Shown: one piece after another, positions 26,612 through 36,258 of the stretch
Layout of the letters: the number at the start of each line of letters is the position of its first letter
Numbering within the stretch: the stretch's first letter is position 1
Assembly: GCA_038120295.1 (NCBI GenBank)
Contig: JAYOLL010000010.1
Location: 35,149 to 99,148 of the forward strand
DNA: 64,000 nt
Reading direction: 5' to 3'
Source: Rhodospirillales bacterium
GTDB lineage: Bacteria; Pseudomonadota; Alphaproteobacteria; MPNO01; UBA2964
Notes under the pieces: generated by a model
Databases searched by the model: none
The model's input: the letters and a program-made list of their open reading frames with translations, nothing else
What the model was told of the DNA's origin: nothing
Position numbers and translations under genes: made by a program

Positions 26612-26983
26612 TCAGACGGGTGGGCCTCGCGCCTCTTGCGGCGAGTAACCGGATTTTTGCGAAAGTCGGTTGTCGGTCGCCCGAAATGCGGGATCGTTTT
26701 GGGTCGCATCCTGTGCTTCCCGAGGGGCCTCGATTGACGGCAGGGCGGTCGCCAGGGGAAGCGGGCAAATCTTGCAATGTTCGCCGAGATCTCCCTGTTC
26801 CACTGGGCTCCCGGTGCCAGGCAGAGGCGCTGTCATCGTGCCGCCAGTGGCAAGGCAGTAGACAATTTTGCCATGCGTGGCCGTAGCCGGTTCTGCTACG
26901 GCCCAGCCAGCCGGCAGCAACGTATTGAGCAACACTGCCAGGATAGCGAAGAATGCGCGCAGGGTTGGAGGACGTGCAGTCAT
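26612..26983 (-). CDS. DUF2946-like small membrane protein
   Basis: An N-terminal TM helix, a YCLATGG block and an EHCKICP (HCxxC) block, as in DUF2946 proteins that commonly neighbour PCuAC genes. Confidence 0.5.
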   Translation of the reverse strand: MTARPPTLRAFFAILAVLLNTLLPAGWAVAEPATATHGKIVYCLATGGTMTAPLPGTGSPVEQGDLGEHCKICPLPLATALPSIEAPREAQDATQNDPAFRATDNRLSQKSGYSPQEARGPPV

Positions 26984-27021
26984 GGGTAAAGGCTATGGTC
27001 AGGTCTGCCCGGAAACAACCG

Positions 27022-29769
27022 TTAGCCGGAGCCTGCGGCCTGGGCCAGTATCGCAGCGCGCAGCCGGTCCGGCGTGCAGGGCGCACGCAGGACGCGCACG
27101 CCTGTTGCATGGTGGATCGCGCCGAAGATCGCAGGCGCCGTGGCGCACAGCGAGGGTTCGCCGATACCTTTTGCGCCCCACGGCCCGGTCGGTTCCGGGT
27201 CCTCAATGATGTAACTCCGGATCGGCGGAACATCGCCGATGGTGGGCATCAGGTAATCGTGCAGGTTTTCGGTCCTGCCCGGCACGAATTCCTCCATCAG
27301 GGCGAACCCCAGCCCCTGCGCAATTCCACCCTCGATCTGGCCCTCCACCTGCTGCGGGTTCAGCGCTTTCCCGACATCGTGCGCCGCGGCCATGCGAAGG
27401 ACCTTGACCGTGCCAAGCTCGATATCGACCTCGACTTCCGCGATCTGCGCCGCGAAGCCGTATGTCGCGTAGGGCTTGCCCTGTCCGTTTTCATCGAGCG
27501 GTTCGGTAGGCGGGTCGAAATAACCTTCGCCGGTCAGCACGTCGCCATTTTCGGCGGGCGCGAGCGAAGACAGGTCGAGCCTGCGAGACCCTGCGTCATC
27601 TTTCACGGTCAGGCCGCCGTCTTCGCAGATGATGGACGCGTTGTCCCCGACATTGGCAAGGCGCAGGATCTGCGCGCGCAGATCCTCGCCGGCGCGCTTT
27701 GCGGCGTTGCCGGATACATAGGCCTGCCGGGAAGCGGAGCTCTTTCCGGCGTCGGCGGTCAGGTCGGTGTCGCCCCACACCAGATCGATGTCGGCCATGG
27801 CGATGCCAAGCCCGTCGGCGGCGGCCTGCACCATCGTCGTATTGGTGCCCTGGCCGATATCCTGCGCCCCCGAATAGAGCGTGATCCTGCCGTCGGTGGA
27901 AACGCCGATCCGCATGGTCGAGGGGTTGGCGAGCGAGGTGTTGCCGCAGCCGTACCACATGCAGCCTACCCCGACGCCACGGCGTAATGCTCCATCAGCG
28001 GCGCTGTTGAATTTTTCAGCTGCCGAGCGCCAGTCCTGCCAGTCGCCGCGCAGGGATTCGAGGCACTGGTCCAGGCCGGCGCTTTCCAGCGACTGGCCGG
28101 TGGCGGTCGGCTGACCCTTGCGGATCGCGTTCCTGAGTCTGAACTCCAGCGGATCGATACCGCACTCTTCGGCCATCATGTCCATGCAGGCGTCGTGCGC
28201 GATGGCGGCCTGCGGCACGCCGAAACCCCGGAAGGCGCCGGCCGGTGTTTCGTGAGCGAAATACGCATGCGATGCGGCATGGACGTTCGGGACGAAGTAG
28301 GGGCCCGTTGCGTGGATCGGCACGCGGTCTTTTACCGTCAGTCCCCAGGAAACATAGGCGCCCGTATTGAACAGCCCGTCGAAGCTGAAGCCCTGCAGGT
28401 TTCCGTCCCTGTCGCACCCGTAGCGGGCCGTGATGCGCGCCGGGTGACGTTTCGATGTCACCGCCATCGATTCGATCCGGTTCCAAATGCAACGCACCGG
28501 CCGGTCGAGCAGCCAGGCGGCGAGCGCCAGCAGCGGCTGGACTGACAGGTCAAGCTTGCCGCCGAACCCGCCGCCGCAGGCGGTCGGGATAATACGGATG
28601 TCCGCGGGCGCGATCCCCATGATCTGCGCCACCTCGTCGCGGTCCATGTAGGGAGTCTGGGTGGACACGATAATTTCGATCCGGTCGCCGACGCGTCGCG
28701 CCCATCCCGCTTCCGGCTCGATATAGGCATGCTCCACGAAGCCGGTTTCCACATCGCAGGAAACGACGATATCGGCTGACTCCAGCGCGGTATCTGCGTC
28801 GCCCTTTACGACCAGCCCGTCAGCAAGAAGGTTGTCGGGCCAGTCGGGCTGCACCGCAACTGCGCCGTCGGCGCGTGGCGCATCGAATCCCTGAACAGCG
28901 TCCAGCACGGTCCATTTTAGCGGCAGATCCTCGTCGCGGATGGAGTCCACGGTCTCTCGGTCGCCCACCAGAGCAAGGACGGCCTCTCCCCGATAGCGGA
29001 CGACACCGTCGGCCAGCACCGGCTGGTCCTTGACGTCGGGATAGACGCCGTAGCCGTTATTACCCGGTATGTCCGATGCGGTCAGGACCCGGACCAGGCC
29101 CGGAAATTTATCCATCAAGGCGCCGGTGTCGCCCAGCGTGAAATGCGCATGCCAGTGGGGCGAACGGATCGTGCGCAGCCAGAGGGCGTCACCGAGCGCA
29201 GCGTCGGCGCCGTACTTTTCTGCGCCGGACACCTTATCCGCCCCGTCGCGTTTCGCCGCCCGGGCGCCGACCGCTTCGCCCGGAGGCGGCGTCTCAATGC
29301 CCGCATGGTCCGGATTTCCGACATGCAGGACCGCGTCGATAATTTTGCGGTAGCCGGTGCAGCGGCACAGCACGCCGCCGAGCGCATCTTCGACCTGTTG
29401 TTCCGTCGGCCGTTCGACCCGGTCGAGCAGTGATTGCGCCGCCATCAGCATGCCGGGCGTGCAAATGCCGCACTGTGCCGCGCCGAACAGGTGGAACGCC
29501 TCCTGAAGGGCCGATAGCCCGCCGTTCGCCGCAAGCCCTTCGACCGTCGTGACCGCGCGGCCTGCCGCCTGCGCCGCCGAAACCATGCAGGAACAGACCT
29601 GTTCGCCATCCAGCAGGATTGTGCACGCGCCGCAATCGCCGGCATCGCAGCCGATCTTCGTGCCTGTCAGGCCAAGTTCTTCGCGCAGCACATGACCGAG
29701 CCGCCGCGACGGCGCGGTTTCGACTTCAACCGGCTGGCCGTTTACCGTGAAAGACAGCCTGTGCGTCAC
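27022..29769 (-). CDS. fused [2Fe-2S]/molybdopterin aldehyde-oxidoreductase-type subunit (XDH family)
   Basis: 915 aa. The N-terminus carries CDAGDCGACT and CRCTGYRKI ferredoxin motifs, followed by a Moco domain (GGGFGGK, GAFRGFGVPQ). The GTG start overlaps the stop of the FAD subunit (GTGA). Confidence 0.85.
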   Translation of the reverse strand: MTHRLSFTVNGQPVEVETAPSRRLGHVLREELGLTGTKIGCDAGDCGACTILLDGEQVCSCMVSAAQAAGRAVTTVEGLAANGGLSALQEAFHLFGAAQCGICTPGMLMAAQSLLDRVERPTEQQVEDALGGVLCRCTGYRKIIDAVLHVGNPDHAGIETPPPGEAVGARAAKRDGADKVSGAEKYGADAALGDALWLRTIRSPHWHAHFTLGDTGALMDKFPGLVRVLTASDIPGNNGYGVYPDVKDQPVLADGVVRYRGEAVLALVGDRETVDSIRDEDLPLKWTVLDAVQGFDAPRADGAVAVQPDWPDNLLADGLVVKGDADTALESADIVVSCDVETGFVEHAYIEPEAGWARRVGDRIEIIVSTQTPYMDRDEVAQIMGIAPADIRIIPTACGGGFGGKLDLSVQPLLALAAWLLDRPVRCIWNRIESMAVTSKRHPARITARYGCDRDGNLQGFSFDGLFNTGAYVSWGLTVKDRVPIHATGPYFVPNVHAASHAYFAHETPAGAFRGFGVPQAAIAHDACMDMMAEECGIDPLEFRLRNAIRKGQPTATGQSLESAGLDQCLESLRGDWQDWRSAAEKFNSAADGALRRGVGVGCMWYGCGNTSLANPSTMRIGVSTDGRITLYSGAQDIGQGTNTTMVQAAADGLGIAMADIDLVWGDTDLTADAGKSSASRQAYVSGNAAKRAGEDLRAQILRLANVGDNASIICEDGGLTVKDDAGSRRLDLSSLAPAENGDVLTGEGYFDPPTEPLDENGQGKPYATYGFAAQIAEVEVDIELGTVKVLRMAAAHDVGKALNPQQVEGQIEGGIAQGLGFALMEEFVPGRTENLHDYLMPTIGDVPPIRSYIIEDPEPTGPWGAKGIGEPSLCATAPAIFGAIHHATGVRVLRAPCTPDRLRAAILAQAAGSG

Positions 29770-30608
29770 GCCGTTTCTCCCAATGTCGTCAGGGCGCGGC
29801 GGAGCAGCGTCAGCGCCGCATCGAGCCGGTATTCGGCGGTGCCCCGTACATCGTCTATAGGAGCGAGGCGCGACAGATGCGCGGGCTCCGCGATGTCCGC
29901 CAGCGCGCGCGTGACAGGCTGGCCGACCAGAGCCCGCTCAAGGAGCCGCAACCGCTGCGCCTTGGCGGAGCAGGACCCGACGGCGATACGGGCGCTGGCG
30001 ACATTGCCGTCTTCGCCGCGCGCCAGAACGGCAGCGACCATGGCAATGGAGATGACCAGATAGCGCCGCGCACCGAGCTTGAGGAACGTACTCGCCGTGT
30101 CCCCGCCCGTCTTCGGTACGCGGATCGCAGTGACGATTTCATCCTCCGCGCGGCGTGTCTGGCGGTTGCTGATGATGAATTTCTCGACCGGGATCGTCGC
30201 CGTTCCCCGGACGGACGCCGTCTCGAGTTTCGCGTCCAGCGTCAGCAGAGGTGGCACGCCGTCCGCTGCCGGCGATGCGTTGCAGATATTTCCGCCGATG
30301 GTGCCGGAATTCTGTACCTGAACGCCGCCGATCTCTCGCGCCGCCTGTCTGAGTCCGTCGAACATCGGCGGCAGGTTAGCCGCACTGAGATCGGACCATG
30401 TGGTCAGGGCGCCGATCCGAAAGTGATCGTCGCGTTCGTCGATGCCGCGCAGACCGTCGATGCGGGAAATATCGAGAATGTCTTCGTCGAACGGTTTTCC
30501 GACCCGGGCCGGATAGATGTCCGTGCCGCCGGCAAGTACCGTCAGCCGTCGCCCGGCCAGTGCGGCGAGTGCGTCGTTAAGATTGGTCGGTTGCAGGTAG
30601 TCTCCCAT
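29766..30608 (-). CDS. FAD-binding subunit of the second XDH-family enzyme (CoxM-like)
   Basis: 280 aa from ATG 30608 (MGDYLQPTNLNDALAALAGRRLTVLAGGTDIY). In the sequence as given it lies in frame with the upstream kinase ORF, producing the 950-aa track ORF. Confidence 0.8.
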   Translation of the reverse strand: MGDYLQPTNLNDALAALAGRRLTVLAGGTDIYPARVGKPFDEDILDISRIDGLRGIDERDDHFRIGALTTWSDLSAANLPPMFDGLRQAAREIGGVQVQNSGTIGGNICNASPAADGVPPLLTLDAKLETASVRGTATIPVEKFIISNRQTRRAEDEIVTAIRVPKTGGDTASTFLKLGARRYLVISIAMVAAVLARGEDGNVASARIAVGSCSAKAQRLRLLERALVGQPVTRALADIAEPAHLSRLAPIDDVRGTAEYRLDAALTLLRRALTTLGETA

Positions 30609-30667
30609 AGGGAGAGATAATATCGCATTGCGGTCCGGCGGGGGAGTGGGAACGGCGACCGTTTCCG

Positions 30668-32618
30668 TTACGCTGCACGCACCTCGCGCGGGGCGACGCG
30701 GTTGCCGGGTAACGACACGGTCACGACAGTGCCCTCGCTTTTTTTTGCTGGTGATGACAAGCTGTCCGTCGTGCAGCTCCGTGAGCTTTCGCGCGAGCGG
30801 AAGACCGAGCCCCGTGCCTTCGCGGGTCTTTGTCAGGTGATCTTCGACCTGGCCGAAGACCGTCATCGAAATGGCGATTTCATCCTCGGTCATGCCGATA
30901 CCTGTATCCCTGACCTTGATCTGAAACCGGCCGGCGATATCGAAACCGGAGGAAAGTGTGATCCTGCCGCCAGGTTCCGTGAATTTCACGGCGTTGCTCA
31001 GGAGGTTGATCAGAATCTGTTTGATCTTTGTTTCGTCGGCCCGGAGGCGAATGTCGGGGAGGGTGTCCCTGTGGATCGCCACGCCTGCCGCTTTCGCCAG
31101 CGGGTCGACGATCGTCAGGCAGTCGGCGACGAGGTTGCCGATATCGATCTTGTTCTCGCTGAGCGTCATTTTGCCGACCTCGATTTTGGAGAGGTCGAGG
31201 ATGCCGTTGACCAGATTGAGGAGATGCAGGCCGCTGGAGTTGATGTCGCCGGCGAATTCCAGATATTTCACATTGGCGATCGGCCCCATCACCTGGTTCC
31301 TGATGAGGTCGGAGAAGCCGATTATCGAGTTCAGCGGCGTCCTCAGTTCATGGCTCATGTTCGACAGAAAGGCGGACTTGGCATGGTTGGCGGCTTCGGC
31401 GAGATCCGCCGCTTCCCTGAGTTCCCGCGCCGCCCGTCGCCTCAACGCAAGTATCTTCATTAGAAAAAGGATGAGGGAGAGCTGGATGGCGCACGCTGCT
31501 GCGGCGCCGAACACCCAGTGAGCGTGTTCGTCGAGAATGGAAGACGGTCTGTTGGCGACGATCGAATTGGGGGGCAGTTTGTCCAACGGTATGCCCAGCC
31601 GTTCGAGTTCGCCAAAATCAAACCTGTAGACGTTAGGACTTTCCGAAATGACACGCAGCGCGCTTGGCGCCGATCCGTTCAGAATTCTTGCAGCCAGCGA
31701 TGCGGCGGCGCGCCCCTGTTCGAAATGGCTGACGATTTTGCCGCCGAGCACGCCCTGACCGATTCCGTGATCCTGGGTCACAAAAAGCGGCCCATTGAAG
31801 ACCTGCCTCAGCCTGCCGAGGAATTCGTTGAATTCAAGGGAGTGCCCCATGTAATCCCGAGACGGATTGCTGATATAGACCGGTGTTTCAGCTGGAAGGG
31901 TGCGCAATCGCTCGAACAGACTGTCGTATGTATGTTTGCCGAGGGACAGGAAGTCGACATGCCCGATTTCCGGCCGTTTTTCAAGCATCCGTTCCACCTG
32001 GAGCCTGTTCAGCCGTCCCGTCCTTGTGTCGTCGGCAATTACGGTGATCGGTCCGGATTTCGGGAACAGACGTCGTGCGAGTTCCAGAGTGTCGTCAGCG
32101 GATCGCTTTTCGATTACCCCGACGATCCTAGGATCGTCATTTTGGGCCATCGCAAGTTTGATATTGTTGACGCCGAGGAACACGATCTGCATTCGGGCGA
32201 ACAACGTGTCCTTGCGGGAGATTGCGAAACGCAGCGCGTTGTCGTCGGCGACGATGAGGACGTCGTATTGCTTGAGATGAATGAATTTCTTGTAGAGAGA
32301 TTCTTCGACATCGGCTTCCCGCTCCGCATAGTCGAATCTCTTGCTGTCCATAAACTCGACATCAAGAACGTAACGCCCTGATGGCAGGCCGTTTTCTTCC
32401 AGACCCTTGCGAATCCCGTCCAGCTGGGGCTGAAACGACGGAAAAGAGGGATGGTAGGAGGAAAGGAACAGGATGCGCGGCTGGGAAGCCTGCTGGCTGC
32501 TTCCTGGATGGTTGGCATTTGCCGGACCCGCTATCGACAGGAAGACCAACAGCGTCGACGTCAGACCGAGCCAGAAAATTTTTTCCGGGCGCCAACCCTT
32601 AAGACCGGATAACAACAA
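30668..32618 (-). pseudogene. membrane sensor histidine kinase with periplasmic solute-binding-like domain; 3' end out of frame at an A8 homopolymer (real frameshift or sequencing indel)
   Basis: Signal/TM segment, a periplasmic domain (RILFLSSYHPSFPSF...), a second TM, the H-box FLSNMSHELRTPLNSI, and DTGIGM and GTGLGL. Deleting one A from the run (T8 at 30739-30746 on the plus strand) gives SKKSEGTVVTVSLPGNRVAPREVRAA-stop (TAA 30670-30668). Confidence 0.75.
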
Positions 32619-32762
32619 TCAGACAACCCAATGCTATCAACTATAACAAATAAGTAGGTGATTCGGAGTTAACAAAAGATTAACGGCGCTGGTTTTTGTG
32701 GGGGTGCCCGACCGCCAGGCGGCGTTGACAGGGTTCCTGCCCGCCATCAAACTCCCCCTATC

Positions 32763-33929
32763 ATGCCAGCGATCAAGGAAATCGATCTCGTCCATGTCGC
32801 TCTGCCGACACGGCGCGAGCATAAATGGACCGGCCTGACCGAGCCCATCGGCGGCTATATTCTCGTGAAAATGACCGGCGACGACGGAACCGTCGGTTGG
32901 GGCGAAGCCCCGGCGCTGAAGGACTGGGGCGGCGATTACGGCCGGTATTTCGGCGAGTCGCCCGGCACCACTAAATTCGTGATCGAGACGTATTTGGCGC
33001 CTGTGGCGATCGGTTGCGAAGTCGGCAATATCGCCGATCTGCACCAGCGTATGGACGCCATCGTCAAAGGCTATCCCTACGCCAAGGCGGCCGTCGATAT
33101 CGCGGCCTACGACCTTGCGGGCAGAACGTTTGGCGTGCCGGTCTGGCAACTGCTCGGTGGGCGAGTGCGCGACCGGGTGCCGGTCACCCATTCGATCGGG
33201 CTGCTGGATATAGACCTGGCGGTCGAGGAATGCAGACAGGTGGTCGATGAGGGCATCCGCACCATAAAGATCAAGGTCGGAGTCGATCCGGATCGCGATG
33301 TCGAGATCGTCCGCCGCGTTCGCGAGGCTGTGGGCGAGGCGACCGATCTCTGCGTCGATGCCAATTGCGGTTATGCCACACCGCACGACGCCGTCCGGAT
33401 CATTCGCGCGATGGAGGAATACCGGCTGAAATATGCCGAACAGCCGGTCGAGGGGATCGACCGGATGGCCGAGGTCCAGCGCGCCATCGCGACGCCTGTC
33501 ATGGCTGACGAATCGGCCTGGGCGGCGCGCGACGTTCTGGAAATTTTCGAGCGCAGGGCGGCGGAGATCGTCTCGATCTACACCACCAAGCCGGGCGGTC
33601 TGTACGGCGCGATGGAGGTGGCGGCGGCGGCGCGCGCGGCGAAGTTCCTGTGCAATGTCAACGGATCGGTCGAGACCGGCGTCGGCAATCTCGCCAATAT
33701 CCATCTGGCGGCGGCGGCGATGCCCGTGACGCTGTCCTGCGTGGTGCCGGTTTCAATGCCGGCTGAGGCGCAGTCCGGCAATGTCGGCGGTATCTATTAC
33801 GTGGACGACCTGATCAAGGAGCCGTTCCGGATGGAAGACGGCTGCGTCGTTGTGCCCGATGGTCCCGGATTCGGCATCGATATCGACGAAGACAAGATCG
33901 CAAAATACCGTAACAGCGCGCTCGATTAA
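32763..33929 (+). CDS. enolase-superfamily enzyme (mandelate racemase / muconate lactonizing enzyme family)
   Basis: 388 aa. VGWGEA at the N-terminal capping domain and a barrel domain with IKIKVG, DANCGY and ADES-type acid/base and metal ligands. Confidence 0.85.
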   Translation: MPAIKEIDLVHVALPTRREHKWTGLTEPIGGYILVKMTGDDGTVGWGEAPALKDWGGDYGRYFGESPGTTKFVIETYLAPVAIGCEVGNIADLHQRMDAIVKGYPYAKAAVDIAAYDLAGRTFGVPVWQLLGGRVRDRVPVTHSIGLLDIDLAVEECRQVVDEGIRTIKIKVGVDPDRDVEIVRRVREAVGEATDLCVDANCGYATPHDAVRIIRAMEEYRLKYAEQPVEGIDRMAEVQRAIATPVMADESAWAARDVLEIFERRAAEIVSIYTTKPGGLYGAMEVAAAARAAKFLCNVNGSVETGVGNLANIHLAAAAMPVTLSCVVPVSMPAEAQSGNVGGIYYVDDLIKEPFRMEDGCVVVPDGPGFGIDIDEDKIAKYRNSALD

Positions 33930-33938
33930 GGCGCGCGT

Positions 33939-34697
33939 CTATAACGCATTGTAGCCGCCATCGACGAAATGATCGGCGCCCGTGGTGAAGCTCGACGCGT
34001 CGCTCGCCAGGAACAGGGCCGTGCGGGCGATCTCCTCCGGCTGTCCAAGACGTCCGGCCGGCAGATGCGGCCTGTGACGCTCGGCGACGGCTTCGAAGGA
34101 ATTGTTGGTAATCAGCAGCCGCGAGGTAGCGATGGGGCCGGGCAGAATCGCGTTGCAGCGGATATTGTCCGCTGCATAATCGATCGCGATGGACTGCGTC
34201 AGGAGCCGCACAGCCGCCTTGGAAGCCGAATAGGCCGGGCGGTTCTTCGCCACGCGCGCGCCGTAGATCGATGAAATATTGACGATGGAGCCGCCGCCGG
34301 CCTTCTGCATGTGGGGGATCGCCTGCTGCATGACGATGAACATGCCGGTGACGTTGACGTCCAGCGTCTTCCGGAAGGTCGCGACATCGATGTCGAGCGC
34401 GGGTGCTGCCGGGTCCCGATAGGCGGCGGCATTGAACACTGTGGTCAGCCCGCCGAATTCCTTCACTGTCGCGGCGACCGCTTCCTTCACCGAGTCCTCG
34501 TCGGTCACGTCGCAGACCAGCGGGATCGCGCGCCCCCCGGCCTCAATGATATCTGTTGCGGTCTGCTCCACGTTTTCCTTGGCGATATCGACGCAGGCCA
34601 CCGCCGCGCCCTCTGCGCCGAATAGCCGCGCCGTCGCGCCGGCAATAGCCCCGCCCGCGGCGGTGACGAATGCGATTTTTCCTTCAAGCCGTTTCAT
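33939..34697 (-). CDS. SDR-family oxidoreductase, tandem paralogue A
   Basis: 252 aa with VTAAGGAIAGA, NAAA, SSIYG and YSASKAAV. Confidence 0.85.
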   Translation of the reverse strand: MKRLEGKIAFVTAAGGAIAGATARLFGAEGAAVACVDIAKENVEQTATDIIEAGGRAIPLVCDVTDEDSVKEAVAATVKEFGGLTTVFNAAAYRDPAAPALDIDVATFRKTLDVNVTGMFIVMQQAIPHMQKAGGGSIVNISSIYGARVAKNRPAYSASKAAVRLLTQSIAIDYAADNIRCNAILPGPIATSRLLITNNSFEAVAERHRPHLPAGRLGQPEEIARTALFLASDASSFTTGADHFVDGGYNAL

Positions 34698-34711
34698 GGT
34701 CCGTCTCCCGC

Positions 34712-35470
34712 TCAGAACGCCGTGTAGCCGGCGTCGACCGCCATATCGGCGCCGCTGGTGAAACTCGATTCGTCGCTGGCGAGGAACAGGGCGGTCCGCG
34801 CGACCTCGATCGACTCGCCCAGCCGCTTGAAATGAAGCCGTTGCCCGTGACGCTCCACCACCGCCTCGATCGACGGGTTTCTCTGTAACATGCGCGGTCC
34901 CACGATGGGCCCCGGCAGGATCGAATTGCAGCGGATATTATCGGCGGCGTAATCGACTGCGATGGATTTTGTCAGCATTCTGACCCCGCCCTTGGCCGAA
35001 CAGTACGCAGGACGCTCGGCGGCGGCGACCTGCCCGTAGATTGACGCCACATTGACGATGGACCCGCCGCCCGCTTTCTGGATTTCCGGGATGGCGAACT
35101 TGCAGACGATGAACATGCCCGTCAGGTCCACGTCGATGGTTCGCCGCCACATGTCGATTGGCATGTCGGCGACCTTGTGTCGCTGTTCGGAATACGCCGC
35201 CGCGTTGAACAGGGTCGTCAGCGGTCCAAGCTCGGAAACGGTTCGGGCAATGCAGTCCTGAACGACATTCTCGTCGGTGACGTCGCACACCATGGCGATA
35301 GCCTTGCCGCCGGCCGCCTCGATATCGGCGGCAGTCTGTTTCACGTCTTCTTCCGCGACATCCGCGCAGGCCACCGCCGCGCCTTCTTCAGCGAACAGCC
35401 GCGCCGTTGCGCCGGCGATATTGCCGCCGGCCGCCGTAACGAACGCGACCTTTCCATCAAGCAATCCCAT
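34712..35470 (-). CDS. SDR-family oxidoreductase, tandem paralogue B
   Basis: 252 aa with VTAAGGNIAGA and YCSAKGGV. It is collinear with paralogues A and C. Confidence 0.85.
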   Translation of the reverse strand: MGLLDGKVAFVTAAGGNIAGATARLFAEEGAAVACADVAEEDVKQTAADIEAAGGKAIAMVCDVTDENVVQDCIARTVSELGPLTTLFNAAAYSEQRHKVADMPIDMWRRTIDVDLTGMFIVCKFAIPEIQKAGGGSIVNVASIYGQVAAAERPAYCSAKGGVRMLTKSIAVDYAADNIRCNSILPGPIVGPRMLQRNPSIEAVVERHGQRLHFKRLGESIEVARTALFLASDESSFTSGADMAVDAGYTAF

Positions 35471-35497
35471 GAATATGTCTCCCTGCGGATATCCGGT

Positions 35498-36256
35498 TCA
35501 GATCATTGTGAAACCGCCGTCGACGAACATGTCGGCGCCGGTCATGAAGGAGGAATCGTCGCTGGCGAGAAACAGCGCCGCCTTGGCGATGTCCTCAGGC
35601 TGGCCCAGCCGGCCGATCGGGTGCAGCGGCACCATCTTTTCGCGCACGGCATCCATCGTAGGCGTGCGGGCCAGCAGGCGGTTCGTCTCTATCGCGCCGG
35701 GCGAAATCGCGTTGGCGCGGATATTGTCGCCCGCGAAATCGAGCGCGACCGAACGCGTTATCTGCTTCACCGCCGCCTTGGTCGCCATGTAGGCGGGGCG
35801 GCCCGGCCAGGCGATGCTGCCGAAGGTCGAGGAAATATTGATGAAGCAGCCGCCGCCGGATTTCTGCATTTCCGGAATGGCGTATTTGCTGGTCAGGAAC
35901 ATGCCGGTGATGTTGACGTCGAGGACTTCCTGCCAGACTTCCAGCGGCATGGTCACGATTGTATGGGTGGGCTCGGACGCCGCCGCCGCATTGACGACAA
36001 TGTCCACCTTGCCAAACGCGCCGACAGTTTCTGCGATCAGCGCCTTAACCTGGTCTTCCTGGCTGACGTCGCAGATCGACCAGGCGGCGGTTCCACCGGC
36101 CGATTCGATGTCGCTGGCGGTTTTCGCCACGGATTCCTCGACGATGTCGACGCACATTACGGATGCGCCTTCGGCGCCGTACAGCCTCGCGATGGCTCCG
36201 GCGATGCCGCCGCCTGCCGCCGTTACGATCGCGGACCTGCCGTCCAGTTTTCCCAT
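35498..36256 (-). CDS. SDR-family oxidoreductase, tandem paralogue C
   Basis: 252 aa with VTAAGGGIAGA and YMATKAAV. Confidence 0.85.
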   Translation of the reverse strand: MGKLDGRSAIVTAAGGGIAGAIARLYGAEGASVMCVDIVEESVAKTASDIESAGGTAAWSICDVSQEDQVKALIAETVGAFGKVDIVVNAAAASEPTHTIVTMPLEVWQEVLDVNITGMFLTSKYAIPEMQKSGGGCFINISSTFGSIAWPGRPAYMATKAAVKQITRSVALDFAGDNIRANAISPGAIETNRLLARTPTMDAVREKMVPLHPIGRLGQPEDIAKAALFLASDDSSFMTGADMFVDGGFTMI

Positions 36257-36258
36257 AA

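Noticed and set aside
25993-29769. PCu(A)C and DUF2946 supplying copper to a Mo-Cu active site in the adjacent 915-aa molybdoenzyme.
   Set aside because: The Moco domain shows the ordinary XDH/AOX loop (GAFRGFGVPQ) with no CSFR-type copper-binding cysteine loop. The enzyme lacks a Tat or Sec signal, whereas PCuAC is periplasmic. The adjacency is kept as an observation, but a functional copper link is not supported.
29766-32618. The 950-aa ORF taken at face value as a novel histidine kinase fused to an FAD-binding dehydrogenase subunit.
   Set aside because: The two halves are each complete. They are joined by an Arg-rich low-complexity linker that begins at an A8 run. Deleting one A yields a canonical HATPase_c C-terminus and a stop, and the FAD subunit has its own ATG at 30608. 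A frameshift or indel artefact is the simpler explanation.
32725-32753. A sigma-70-like promoter (TTGACA, 17 nt, CAAACT) that would give a near-leaderless transcript for the enolase-superfamily gene.
   Set aside because: The -35 hexamer is perfect, but the -10 candidate is weak and the spacing to the ATG is only about 10 nt. Without transcription start site data this is pattern-matching only.
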